Assembly: GCF_006345805.1 (NCBI RefSeq)
Contig: NC_043000.1
Location: 129,828,001-129,892,000, forward strand
DNA: 64,000 nt
Source of the DNA: Octopus sinensis
Lineage: Eukaryota
Direction: 5' to 3'
A program made the position numbers and the translations under genes. Below the pieces are notes generated by a model. That model was not told the origin of the DNA. It did no database searches and worked only from the letters and a program-made list of their open reading frames with translations. This document shows positions 23,956 through 35,917 of the stretch, piece by piece. Position 1 is the stretch's first letter, and every line of letters begins with the position of its first letter.

Positions 23956-25860
23956 ATATTGTGAACTATGTTATTATTTGTAATGGACTATGAAGTCAAA
24001 AACATTGAAAAATTGTAGAAAACCTGCAAGAGGTTTAATACCTCGTCTTGTCCTTGTTTTTAAAGAACAATGTTTTAGAGAAGCAAAAGTCGGCGGGCGC
24101 TTTTTGTCATTGTGGATCTTCGTCGTTTGGCGATGGGATTCTGCATTTTCATCGTCATAATTACTTGCTCCTGAATTTGACAGACACATGTGTCCTCAAG
24201 TAATTCTCGGAGAGTAACAACATAAGGCAAAATGTTGCAAAGCTCTATCGTTTCAATTACAGGTTCAATCGCCTTCACAGACTTCCATACAGTTTTTGTC
24301 CACCCAGTTTCACTCACAAGGTATGAACCAACTTGAGATTATAGAGAATGAGATTTGCCCACGATGCCACGCAGTGGGACCGAGCCCAAACCCCCATGGC
24401 TGCGAAGAGAACTCTGTAAACATTCGCTTATACTACGCTTACAGAACGTTGCATTTATATTGATACATATTACTATACTAATATACAAACTCCATACGGT
24501 CTCATCTATTAGTATTATTAGACGCATATCAATAATCATTGAGATATAATTGCTACTTTCTGTTCTATCGAAGACAGCTAACGTCATGCCGTCATTGAAA
24601 TCATATCAGTAGTTATAAAAATTTTTGTTCTCAAACTTATCTTATGCTAGTAGACATCACTGAAGGGCTTCAGTCGACTAGATAATTTACAGAAGTTACT
24701 GATATATCATATCATTTGGAATAAAGACAACGAATAATATTCGAAAACTTCTTCGAGACATAAACTGTATTCGAGATTAAGTACAGAATAATTATAGAAA
24801 TTTCAAATCAATAAAGTTTCGTAATCTACGACGGGGGAAGAATACATTCAAAGACTTAAGGTATATGAGCCTGAAGAAAAATCATCCTGAAGAGCAAAAC
24901 TTGGGAACTCTACTTGGTTGCTCGATCTGCAATTAATAGTAGCCAAATCTGACTCAAATCACAACGTAATTTTTTTAAAATGGAAGGAGACTAGTAAATC
25001 AAGGATAATATTTTCATGGATGTATTATACCTTTAATAGGAATGGCATGGTCATCGTTAAAAAAATTTGATCATAGGTCTGCTCGGTAAGGGCTGACCAC
25101 GAGTTAAGCAACGACTACAAACCAACAGCAAAAGCGATAAAAGGTATCTTAACACAGAATAACGTTTATCACCCATGTATTGTAAACTATCGGACCGCAT
25201 GCTACGAGATTTCTATATAAGAAACTCAACGGTGATAGCGACATTATGGAGACATAATTACTAACCCATATAAATTACTACTTAGGAATAGAATCAACTA
25301 ATAGTTCTTCAGTAAAAACCAATCAAAATGCCTCTATTAAAATGAAATAAAGAAACTATCTTAAACCTATTACTCAGAACTCAGGAAAGGGATGAGGATG
25401 AAAAAGAAAGAATTGACCATCACCATAATCTAGAAAATTATGGCGTCTCAAATTCGATATACGACATTGAATAAAGAAAAGAGAACTACTGTCAACGGCT
25501 GAATATGTCTTCAGACGACAATGAAATTGAAATACTACAAAGGAAAAGCACCTTTCCAAAATTCCAGTTATTTAATTATGGATCAAAAAACGTGACTACG
25601 TCTCATCTTACATATTTGAAACATCAGAAGAACAAGACAGGTTTTTTCTCCTATGAAATATGTCAGTCATCTTCTGTAAGTTATAAATAATGTAAAAGTA
25701 TGTCAGCCAATCCTTGATTCAACAACTAACATCATAAATCATAGAAACATTGCACAAACTAGAAATGTCAACAGTAAACGTTGCACGACACGGAGTGTCA
25801 AGCATTGTTTCAATATAACCAGGCGAGCCGGCAGAAACGTTAGCACGTATGTATATATAC

Positions 25861-25905
<45 letters not shown>

Positions 25906-25914
25906 ATGTATGTG

Positions 25915-26101
25915 TGACCGCGTGTGGATCGTTGGCGATTTTTTCCTCCGTCTTCCCTTCCTTGGATCTTTCCTTTATCTATGTATCTGACGAAAAGCTC
26001 CGTAGGAAACGTTAAATCCTCCCCCTTTCTTTCCTTTCCTGAGCGTCCAATAACACTATACTTGTTCCACGTCCTTGCGTTGTTATGTTTTCATGTTTGG
26101 A
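25915..26101 (+). mobile_element. PLE-derived repeat family H1 with degenerate HHR
   Basis: Matches the reverse complement of 883-1085; CTGACGA at 25987 and GAAACGTT at 26006, helix II mutated. Confidence 0.6.
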
Positions 26102-26515
26102 TAAAATAAGCAACAAGGATATCCAGAGGTAATGCAGCACGAACGTTTCAAGGAACTCCATTTAATTGAACAATGCTATCATTACATCAATTTAAATGCA
26201 GAGCAATCCTCAGCTGCATATACGCATAGAATTAAATAAACAAAGAACGTGCTGTCTTCCCTTCCGCTTAGAAGCTACTATGTTGAAGTGAAGACAGCAT
26301 GTTCTTTGTCTATCTCCTTACCTTCTTGGAGGTTTTGGATAAAATTATACAAATGTGTCCATCTGTTTTAATTTAATTTAATTTAATTCTACGTCTTTAT
26401 GCAGCTGAGGATTGCTCTGCATTTAAATTGATGTAATGATTGCATTGTTCAATTAAACGGAGTTGCTTGAAACGATCGTACTGCATTATCACTGGATATC
26501 CTTGTTGCTTATTTT
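26102..26515. repeat. Fold-back element with ~135-bp arms, each carrying an HHR-like motif
   Basis: 26102-26237 is the reverse complement of 26380-26515 with few mismatches. Confidence 0.9.
26399..26486 (+). ncRNA. Type I hammerhead-like motif
   Basis: AUGCAG-CUGAGGA-[57 nt partly paired]-GAAA-C-GAUC-G-UA / CUGCAU: helix I 6 bp perfect, core and NUH (GUA) intact; base of helix II poorly paired. Confidence 0.5.
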
Positions 26516-26612
26516 GATTTTAATCACCTTATTTTGAAATTTTATGAATAATACCGTACGAATTTCTGGTGTCTCTACTTAAGTAACTAATTCATCTGAA
26601 TCTCTATTTTTG

Positions 26613-26652
<40 letters not shown>

Positions 26653-26704
26653 TATATATTATATATATATATATATATACGTACTGTGTTTATATATATC
26701 ATGC

Positions 26705-26996
26705 GATCACATGATTGACCAGACTATCAGATGTTCTTATACATCTCTGGTAACAAAACACTGTGTATCATTTAACATTTCAAAAGATGTCACTCCGCTG
26801 GTCAGGCGAGCAAACAAAACATCCTCCATGATCGGAAAGCTAGTTCGTCGCAAAGTTACCCTTTTACACATGTGTGCACTGGAACAATATGAAATTATGT
26901 GTTTTGCTGAAGAACACATAACACAAGCCGGTCCAGAGATCGAACCGACGATCTAACGATCGTGAGTGCAACACCCTGACCACTAGGTCACGCCCA
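26705..26996 (-). mobile_element. Old SINE with CORE-like head
   Basis: Minus strand gggcgtgacctagtggtcagggtgttgcactcacgatcg...ggttcgatctctggaccgg...gttcttcagcaaaacacataatttcatattgttccagtgcac, similar to the head at 18480-18610. Confidence 0.55.
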
Positions 26997-27435
26997 TCAC
27001 ACACACACAAATACACATACACAAACACGCATATATTTATATATATATATAGACAAATATATCAACAGTTCATTCTGTTTCTGTGTAGTTCTGTATATTC
27101 TATTTCTTATCTTCACATCTTTATTTCTCTCACATTTCATACTTACCATTGTATACAAATTTATAACCTTTGGCCATAAGCAATATATTGAAATAAATGT
27201 CTATATTTTTTACTACTTGTGTATGCAGACGAAACTGCTATAAATTTGGTTTTCACTAATATCCTGCCTATAGATTTTTTTCTGTTTATATGTATACATA
27301 CGTATATTTAGAGATATTTATATTTTGTATATTAGTTAATGCATATATAACTGTTAACATAAGTTGTTCTATTTACATTTATATACAGATTGAGGGAATG
27401 ATATAAATACATAAATATACATGCGTGTGTGAGTG

Positions 27436-27481
<46 letters not shown>

Positions 27482-27489
27482 CACAGTAG

Positions 27490-27905
27490 GTAGTGGGGAG
27501 CGATTTTCTTCACTATTTCAGAGAATGACGACCCTGTCTGACACGAGTCCCGGGCTCAGCTGCCTCTGGTTGAATGTACCCGTTATGGGCCCATATCCAG
27601 GGTTACGGAAACGAGATAACCTTCAAAGAAATCCGGAGTGGAGCCCCGTAGGCGGTTTAGTGTTCGACTCGACACTCTTCTGGCAGCTCCAGGAACGAAG
27701 CTGGCGTCAAACATAATGCTTTGCACTCCTTTGGACTACGTCAGCAAGGTCGAAAGAGGAATCCTGATGATTGGGCTACCCAGGATTTTCTTACATCTAG
27801 CCCGGGCCTGCGCAAAACTGGAGAGGACATGAAATGTAAATACCAGACTGGATTAGTTTATGCGCAACTCCATTGTCTCCCGAGACAAAAGGATGCCAAC
27901 AACAA
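27490..27905 (+). mobile_element. GC-rich retroposon fragment, possibly an RTE-type 5' region
   Basis: GC-rich block between microsatellites ending gccaacaacaac; assignment from recalled RTE-like 5' UTR motifs only. Confidence 0.3.
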
Positions 27906-27982
27906 CATATATACAATTTAAAAATAGGATAAAATCTTTGTAAGAATTTATCAAAGTAGTCAGTATGAAAAACCTCATAAGG

Positions 27983-28190
27983 GAAAAATGATTAATTATT
28001 CCCTTTAAATATATTTAGTTATATTAAGGGCATTACTATACATAAATGCTTCACGCTATGAGGGACTCTTGAAGTAAAAACTACCATATTATGTACTTTT
28101 GACTTTAAGAGTCCCTCGTAGCGTTTTGCATTTATGTATAGTAATGCCCTTAATATAAATATATTTAAAAAGAATAATTAATAATTTTTC
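27983..28190. repeat. Fold-back element with ~90-bp arms and ~25-bp spacer
   Basis: ggaaaaatgattaatt...aagggcattactatacataaatgc..cgctatgagggactctt vs aagagtccctcgtagcg..gcatttatgtatagtaatgccctt...aattaataatttttcc. Confidence 0.9.
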
Positions 28191-28217
28191 CTTTAATAAT
28201 AATTAATAATTGTTCCC

Positions 28218-28261
<44 letters not shown>

Positions 28262-28262
<1 letters not shown>

Positions 28263-29390
28263 GGAGAATTCTAAAAAAAAAGCAACAAAAGATGAAGACA
28301 GGTGGTGCAGACAACAAACAGATGTATTAATATAACGCTCGAGAAGTGAAAAGGTATTTACCTTTCGAGCCTACGCTCTTCCATAGAAAGGAGCACAGAA
28401 AGAATGTTCCTTTCTGTGGAAGAGCGAAAATAAAGAATGTGTAGTGGCTAGCGATCTATCATGGCGAATGCCGGACAGAGAGGTCACACAGGAGAGCTAG
28501 GAAGAAGGGGAGATAATAAAATAGTGGTGATCCCAAAACGAAGGTGCGCATCCGTGTGTATAAGAGAGTATGTATGTGCGTGTGGAAGAGGGCTGGTGAA
28601 CTTGACGTGTGCGTGTTTGTATGTGTAGGTGTGTGGATGTGTGACTTGGAAGTGGTCAGTACTATTGTGTGCGTGGTGGTGTGATGTGTTGTGTGGCATG
28701 GTGGTGTATGGTGTAGTGGCATGATGGTGTGGTATGTTGGGAGGTGGGGGAAGCGAGAGTGGGGAAACCAAGGTGGGGTGTGGATTAGGCCGAGGGTTGG
28801 GTATGGGGGTAGGCAGAAGGTGGGGCTAGAGGTGGGGTATGTAGGAGTGTGTGTAAGGGGTGGGGTGGCATGGGATGGATAGGGAAAGTAGGGTTGGATT
28901 TTGTAGGGATGGGAGGGGTGACGATGAAGGGGCAAGGGAGAAGGTGGGTAAGAGTGAAGAGAAGAGAGAAGGAGAGTAGGAGTGAAGAGAAGAAAAATGA
29001 GTCGGAGCAAGAGAGGAGAGGTGGATGGGATGAAGTAGGTGTGGGGGTGAGAGAGGGGGAGAGTAAGTTAGATGAAGAAGGGAGGAGAGGAGGTTAGATG
29101 AAGTGGGAAGGAGGAGAGAATTGAGCCCATGTGTCGCAAAAGAGCGAAAAGAGAAGATTAATACCTGTTCACGGCGCAAACGGGAGTCCGAATGGCCACT
29201 GTGCAAGGACAATCCGAACACAGACGGGTGTTGCAAAGAGTGACCGGTGGAGCGGAAATAGCGCGAGACTGGTGTGTCATTAACAAGTCGGATATGTCGG
29301 AGGTGTTCCGTGAACCGGTCAGTCAAGCGGCGTCCCGTTTGCCTGATGTATAGAGAAGAGCGGAGAGAGCAGGAGATGCAGTAGGTGATA
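28262..29390 (-). mobile_element. 5'-truncated Penelope-like element: GIY-YIG C-terminus, 3' UTR and decayed HHR
   Basis: 29118-29390 encodes YCISCSLRSSLYIRQTGRRLTDRFTEHLRHIR...GHSL...RLRREQVLIF...HGLN, typical of PLE GIY-YIG; downstream sense-strand CTATGGA-A-GAGCgtagGCTC-GAAAG near 28356-28390. Confidence 0.8.
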
Positions 29391-30222
29391 TATATATATA
29401 TAAGCACACGTTTGTGTATATAGATACTGGTATACATTATAGATGTCTAATATACCAATCGCTTTCGTATTTTACCATTTATGATAATCTTATACCATTT
29501 CCTTTATAGTTTTTTTAAAATGTCTTTTAAGTTTTGTAATAGGTAGGTTTTTGACTTGAAACACTGCCTTAATTTATGTTCACACCTACTACTTGTGATT
29601 TTAATAGTTGTATATAATAATAGTTTTTCTTTTGTCATCGAAACTTCGTAGTCTCACTCAGTTTGTTTAGTTTTCATTCCGTAAGTGAGTAATTTTTCCA
29701 GTGTAGTTTACGTCGTCCTTTTAATTAAACTGTATAAAATTACTGAAAATATATGTGTGAATATGTGTGTGCACACGCGTATATGCATACGTGTGTATAT
29801 GTATATATTTATACATATACACATACACGCATACTCACACACATAAACACATACATATTTTGTAAAAACTATTTGAGTATATGTTAATTAAAAGACTAAA
29901 TGAACATATGTGTATTATTTGTAAAGAATACGTCTATACTTTTATTTTACATGGAAATTTTTTTGAGCCAGAGTTCCACGTATTGATTTTGTTTTAATAT
30001 AACAAGTGACTTTTATTAATTACATTGTTGGAATACATTAATAATTAACAAAATATTTCACTAAATATTCTACTTAATAAATAAATTTATTGTGTTTAAG
30101 AAACGTGGAAAATATTATTTGGCAAAATTTTATACAACTGTTAGTGACTACCATATTGTTAATAATTGTAATAGGCATAATAATTATAAAAAAATCAGTG
30201 GGATATTGGTAGATTATTGGCT

Positions 30223-30224
30223 TG

Positions 30225-30263
<39 letters not shown>

Positions 30264-30290
30264 TAATAATAATAATAATAATAATAATGA
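30223..30290. repeat. (AAT)n microsatellite
   Basis: Direct reading. Confidence 0.95.
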
Positions 30291-31891
30291 TAGAGTCAAT
30301 GGGCACTCTTTTAATTTTGACTCTATATCTTCAGGAGGTTTTACCTCAATCCTTTCTATATTAACCAAGATGAAGTAGATTGACAAAATTAGTTTTTGAA
30401 CCAGTTGAAGATACACAAGATATCCAAATATCGTTCCGAGAGCTGGTCATTAACTTTGGCCACCGAGGAGAATTGTGGTTTTATTAACACGCTGCGCCTC
30501 CGTCATGTGGGCCCATCGAACATTTTTGGTCTCCTCGTTTCTTAGAGCAGGCGCCTTAGCTCTGACAATGCAACCTTCATATTTCGCATTGAAGAACTGG
30601 TCTAATGCCATTCTCGCTGCTAGCACGTCGGCTGCAATATTACTAAAAATAGCCTCGTCTAGCTTAGCTATTAACCCCTCCTCCTTTCTATTTTTCTAAC
30701 GGTATTTCTTTGCTAAGCCCTATAGTTATTACCCTAATCTCTCTTTTGAGAGCCGCCCACCACCTATTGCTGACGATCCCCATCTGCCAGCCTCTGCTTG
30801 ACTAAATTACTGACCCGGTCCTGATAAGCTTTACGTGCCGGAAACGACATGTTCAGCGCCCAGTACCCGGGTCCTAACCTACGAGCCTTATCTAGGTCGA
30901 CCGTACAGATTATAGACTTATAGTCTGAATAGGCGACCGTTTTAAAAAAGTGGACATCCTACGCTATTATTATGTTTATTCCTGGTGAAAACCCGATCTA
31001 TATACGATCAAGATGACCCTAAGCGGTTTGTCCAGGTCCACACTGGTGCATTAGGGAAATCTCGTCGGTACCTGTCAGACATTTGGAACTGGCTGATCAA
31101 GCGCTTAGGGCTTTTGCACTCCACCTCTTCTATCAACTACTCACAGACAATCCCAGTGTTGATTTAAGATTCCCTTCCAGTCCCCTACTAACAGTAAAGA
31201 GCGAGACGTATATAGAAAGGCTTCCATACGCCTAAAGATATACGCCCGTTTGGTTCCGGTAGGAGCGTAGGCGGCCACGAGTCTAAAGACATTACCTTCA
31301 CTTGCTCACGCCCAGGACTACCAACTTCCCGTTCGTGTCCCTGAAAATAGACTTTTCCTCGAGATACAGTTCTTTCCTGAACACCGCTGACACTCGACCT
31401 CCTATTCCCGGTCGACTAACAGATGCAAAGATCTGATAGTCGTCGAACATGGAGGCCAGTGCTCGTGTATTGGAAATCCTGGTCTCATTGACAGAAGTTA
31501 TATCCAGTTCTAGAGACTTGAGGTCATTGAGCAGGCGCTCTTGTTTCCAGGGCGAACCCAGGCCTCGAACATTTAAAAATCCTACTCTTAGTATGGCTAT
31601 GTTGGCAAGCTAAAGAGAGAGGAGAAAGGTTTACTTATCTCCCGGTGTCTTGTGAATGTCGGATGGTTCGACTTCTATAATTGGAGGGTCTTTTGGGGGG
31701 AACCCCTTTAAGAGCCACGATTTGGTTCTCACGTTCGGGGTTCTCACGTCCTTCGGAAAGATCTCCCAAATTTTTGTGTAGGAATCGAGCACAAAAAGTA
31801 TATGGTGGTAGTGATGGTGACTGGTTGCGTGATGTAGTTCATATATATATGAGCTATATACAAAATGTTTATTCACATAGATACTGCCCAT
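30290..31891 (-). mobile_element. Decayed Tx1/L1-clade LINE: ORF1 C-terminus plus ORF2 AP-endonuclease region
   Basis: Minus strand gives AILRVGFLNVRGLGSPWKQERLLNDLKSLELDITSVNETRI, FRLVAAYAPTG, LLLVGDW and WTWTNRLG..SYIDRVF with stops and frameshifts; short upstream frame 31631-31891 is likely the ORF1 end. Confidence 0.8.
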
Positions 31892-33350
31892 ATCCTAAGT
31901 AATACATTGCCACCTGAGAATGTCTGTTTCTTTTAAGCTCTTTCAAAATCGAAAATTTTAGAAATTTAAAGAACCTTAGTTCTGAAAATCTGGCTCCCTT
32001 TTCGCACAACATACCATCGCAACGCTTAAATGACACCCATAGTAAAACGTCCAACTTGTTTTTATTTATACGAGCTGGGAATAGCTCGTATAAGTTAAAC
32101 CAAGAACAACAGTACTACTACTAATAAGGGAGAATAGTAACAGAAACAGTTTATTGTGGTGTTATGCTAAACAACAGTTATTGTGTAGTACTAATTGTAC
32201 TTTCATGGCGGTGATGGATACGAAATATTTAGAAGTCAGCTCCACAAGTTATATAACATGCCTTCTAAAGTCTAACAATTTCATTCATTGTCTGTTGTTT
32301 GTCGTGTGTTCTTGCTATAATAGAATGTCTCTCTTCTGTTGTGTGAGTCACGACTTAAATTTATCCTCGGGTGAATATTACTATTTTTTAGTTTGGATTT
32401 AATTCTGGATTCTATTTTCTTATGAATGTATTTAATGAAATGTGGGCGATGAGATGCGTCAATGGATTCAGGATTAATAATGGGGACAGTAATAATGAAA
32501 GTTATTATGATAAAAAAATTAAATGATAATGGCAAAGCTAATGAATATATATATATACACATAGGAACGTCTGTTAACTATGTATTTTATAGTTTTCTGT
32601 TACAGTATAGATTTTATTGTTTCGGCAATGCATATATTAAAATTGGAAAATTGAAAATTGATTATATTATAGGTTATTGAATTTCAAACATACCCAAACA
32701 AATATTCTGTATAGCCCCACTGTAAATGTTATAACCGACTGATTAAGCAAGCATTCGATTTAAATAAGTAACTAGTTGATTTAGAATAAAGACTTGAAAT
32801 TGAACTAATGCGTGGGTAAATTTTTAGCGTAATGACCCTTCCAAAATACAACAAAATTATCTTTCAACACACTAATTCATATCTAGAATCTTTCAAACCA
32901 ATTACAAAAGCGAAATGAAATTTCAACATTTTACAAACAACAAAAGGTAGGATGATCACATAAGTGGTACAAGAAAGAAATGAGTGTCAAACAGAATTCT
33001 TTACACTCGTTCTGATCTGCACAACCTTTAAAAGTATTTACGTGTGTAACATGGTTTACCATTAGGTCATTGTTTAATTCAGGAAGCAACAACAGAAGGA
33101 CTCATCTGGTTCAATGTTTTCTTACTACTTCGCTGTAAACGAACACAGGTGCTACAACGCAACAATGCTATCATTAAGAACACATACTACAACATATTGG
33201 CTAAAACGTATAATCGACACCATCTTGAAACTTAATATATACTTTTAAAAAATGGAAATAACGAAGATGGGGATAACATTAGCAATCACACGGTGGAGAT
33301 TAGTCCGTGGCTATACATTATGAACTGCAAGATCTAAACGACACTGATAT

Positions 33351-33750
33351 CTCTTTTTACTTGTTTCAGTCATTTGATCGCGGCCATGCTGGAGCACCGC
33401 CTTTAATCGAGCAACTCGACCCCGGCACTTATTCTTTTGTAAGCCCAGTACTTATTCTATCGGTCTCTTTTGCTGAACCGCTAAGTAACGGGTACATAAA
33501 CACACCAGTATCGGTCGTCAAGCAATGCTAGGGGGACAAACACAGACACACAAACACACACGCATATATATATATATACATATATACGACAGGCTTCTTT
33601 CAGTTTCCGTCTACCAAATCCACTCACAAGGCTTTGGTCGGCCCGGGGCTATAGTAGAAGACACTTACCCAAGATGCCACGCAGTGGGACTGAACCTGGA
33701 ACCATGTGGCTGGTAAACAAGCTACTTACCACACAGCCACTCCTGCGCCT
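33351..33750 (-). mobile_element. SINE family A, full length
   Basis: Same motifs as 23546-23955. Confidence 0.9.
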
Positions 33751-34399
33751 ATATATCAGTTTCTTTTATTAAAATTTTTTCTATTAATTCTATATCGCAA
33801 CATAAAAGGAGGGAAATTTCCGTGTATGTGTATAATCCCAACCCCAAATTAGTACAGCCACGAAATTAAATTTGTTGAGACGAAAACTTTGGCAGCACCT
33901 CAGGTGCAGCTTTGCACTAAAACAATTATTGAGGTCATAGCATCGAGATCGAAGAAGCAATGTGCTAACTCCATAACAAACTCTAATCTAGGTGACGTTT
34001 GTTACTGAAATATAGCCTTACAGCCTTAGAAAGGCCAGTAGTTCTGCTTTTATCAAACCGCATAATTAGCCATACAAGTCTTTCAAAAGAAATTTCAGCT
34101 ACGAAGAACTTAACGATGAAGCTACAGCGTCTCTGTCCAGACCGGAATATTGATAAAATAATTTAGAGCGAAGCATAATAAAACGAATGAAGTGTTTCTA
34201 TATTTCTCAATTATGTGGCATCCTTTTATATCTACGGGTTAACTGCATAATGAGTACGTTGAAGAAAAACCATCCGTTGTTATCGGCCATAAAATAAATC
34301 AGATCTTTATCGATCAACAAATAAGTATGTGGACTATATGTTTTGTGTACTTTCTTATCTATGTGTGTATATGTGTTTGTATGTATACACACACAGTGC

Positions 34400-34406
34400 G
34401 CGCGCA

Positions 34407-34461
<55 letters not shown>

Positions 34462-34552
34462 GTTATATTATATTATATATATAATATATATGTTATATTA
34501 TATTATATATATATATATATGTTATATTATATTATATATATATATGTTATAT

Positions 34553-34597
<45 letters not shown>

Positions 34598-34740
34598 ACA
34601 TATATATATATATTATATTATTTATATATATATTAATTATATATAATATATATATATATATGCATATATGTGTTTGTATGTATACACACACAGTACGCAC
34701 GTACATATATATATATATATATATATACATATGCATACTT
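34400..34740. repeat. (CA)n/(TA)n compound microsatellite with a gttatattatattat subrepeat
   Basis: Direct reading. Confidence 0.9.
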
Positions 34741-35374
34741 GCATATGTGTATATGAATATATATGAATATATATATGTGCGTATGTAATGATTACTATTT
34801 CTGCTTAGCTGGGTTGACAATTAATGCTTGTTAGTCTTCAAATGTTTCCCGTGTCGTTCACCGATCGATACCCAAATGATCATAGAATAAACTTATAGAG
34901 AGAGACAAAGTAATCCATTCACGTACACATACATACATACATACATTTATACTTACATACACACACACATACATAGTTCAAGTAAATACATGTACTTATA
35001 CACATCCAAACATATACTTAAATACAGTTATATACACACAGATATATACATGTACACAAATACGTATGTATACACACGCGCACACACACATAAATACATA
35101 CATGACAAGAGGCTCCGCGAACTAAACGAGAGTTTCTTTTCATAAATGGAGGCGAACACCTTTCTCTATGTGATCGGCTTCAAAGATTGTTACGACAGTA
35201 GGATATTGTCCTACTTTTCTTTGACATGAAACCGATGGTAGCATTAATTCACAAAATAAAGAATTTATATCCATCAATGCGGTGTTAAAGACTCATTTTC
35301 AAAGTTCGACATTTACGTACACACACACGTACACACATCACATGTATACATATACAAATATATTCTTTTATTCT

Positions 35375-35560
35375 TATCTTTTATCTATTTCAGTCGTTTG
35401 ACTGCAGCCATGTTGGAGCAACGCCTTTAGTCGAACAAATCGACCACAGGACTTATTCTTTGTAAGCCTCATATTTATTCTATCGGTCTCATTTGCCGAA
35501 CCACGAAGTTACGAAGACGTAAGCATATCAAGATCGGTTGTTAAGTGATGGTGGGGCTGG
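35375..35560 (-). mobile_element. SINE family A 3' fragment
   Basis: ttcagtcgtttgactgcagccatgttggagc...gccgaacc matches the family A tail. Confidence 0.6.
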
Positions 35561-35683
35561 ACGAATAAAAGCTCAAAATCCTATACACACACACACACAA
35601 CACACAAACATATATATATATATAAATAAATATATATTTTCTAGTTTCAGCTCAGAGCTGCGGCCATGCTGATGCACCGCCGT

Positions 35684-35731
<48 letters not shown>

Positions 35732-35917
35732 GGATTGGATTAAATAATGGGAAAACCTTGCATCATAGCATCATAATTTTGAAATATCTTTAATATCGTC
35801 AAAAGCTTGTTTATTTTTATGTTTTTCGATTTATTATAAGTGTTGCTTAATATGTTTTGCTAAAATTGATGTTTCTTTTCAGATATCACCAGAAAAAGGT
35901 AATTAAAATTCATTAAA

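Noticed and set aside
24263-24320. Plus-strand AG...GT bounded 58-nt exon candidate
   Set aside because: Overlaps a decayed SINE A head (ttcactcacaagg...gatgccacgcagtgggac).
27750-27790. GAAA followed closely by CTGATGA
   Set aside because: Order and spacing leave no room for helices I and III of any hammerhead topology.
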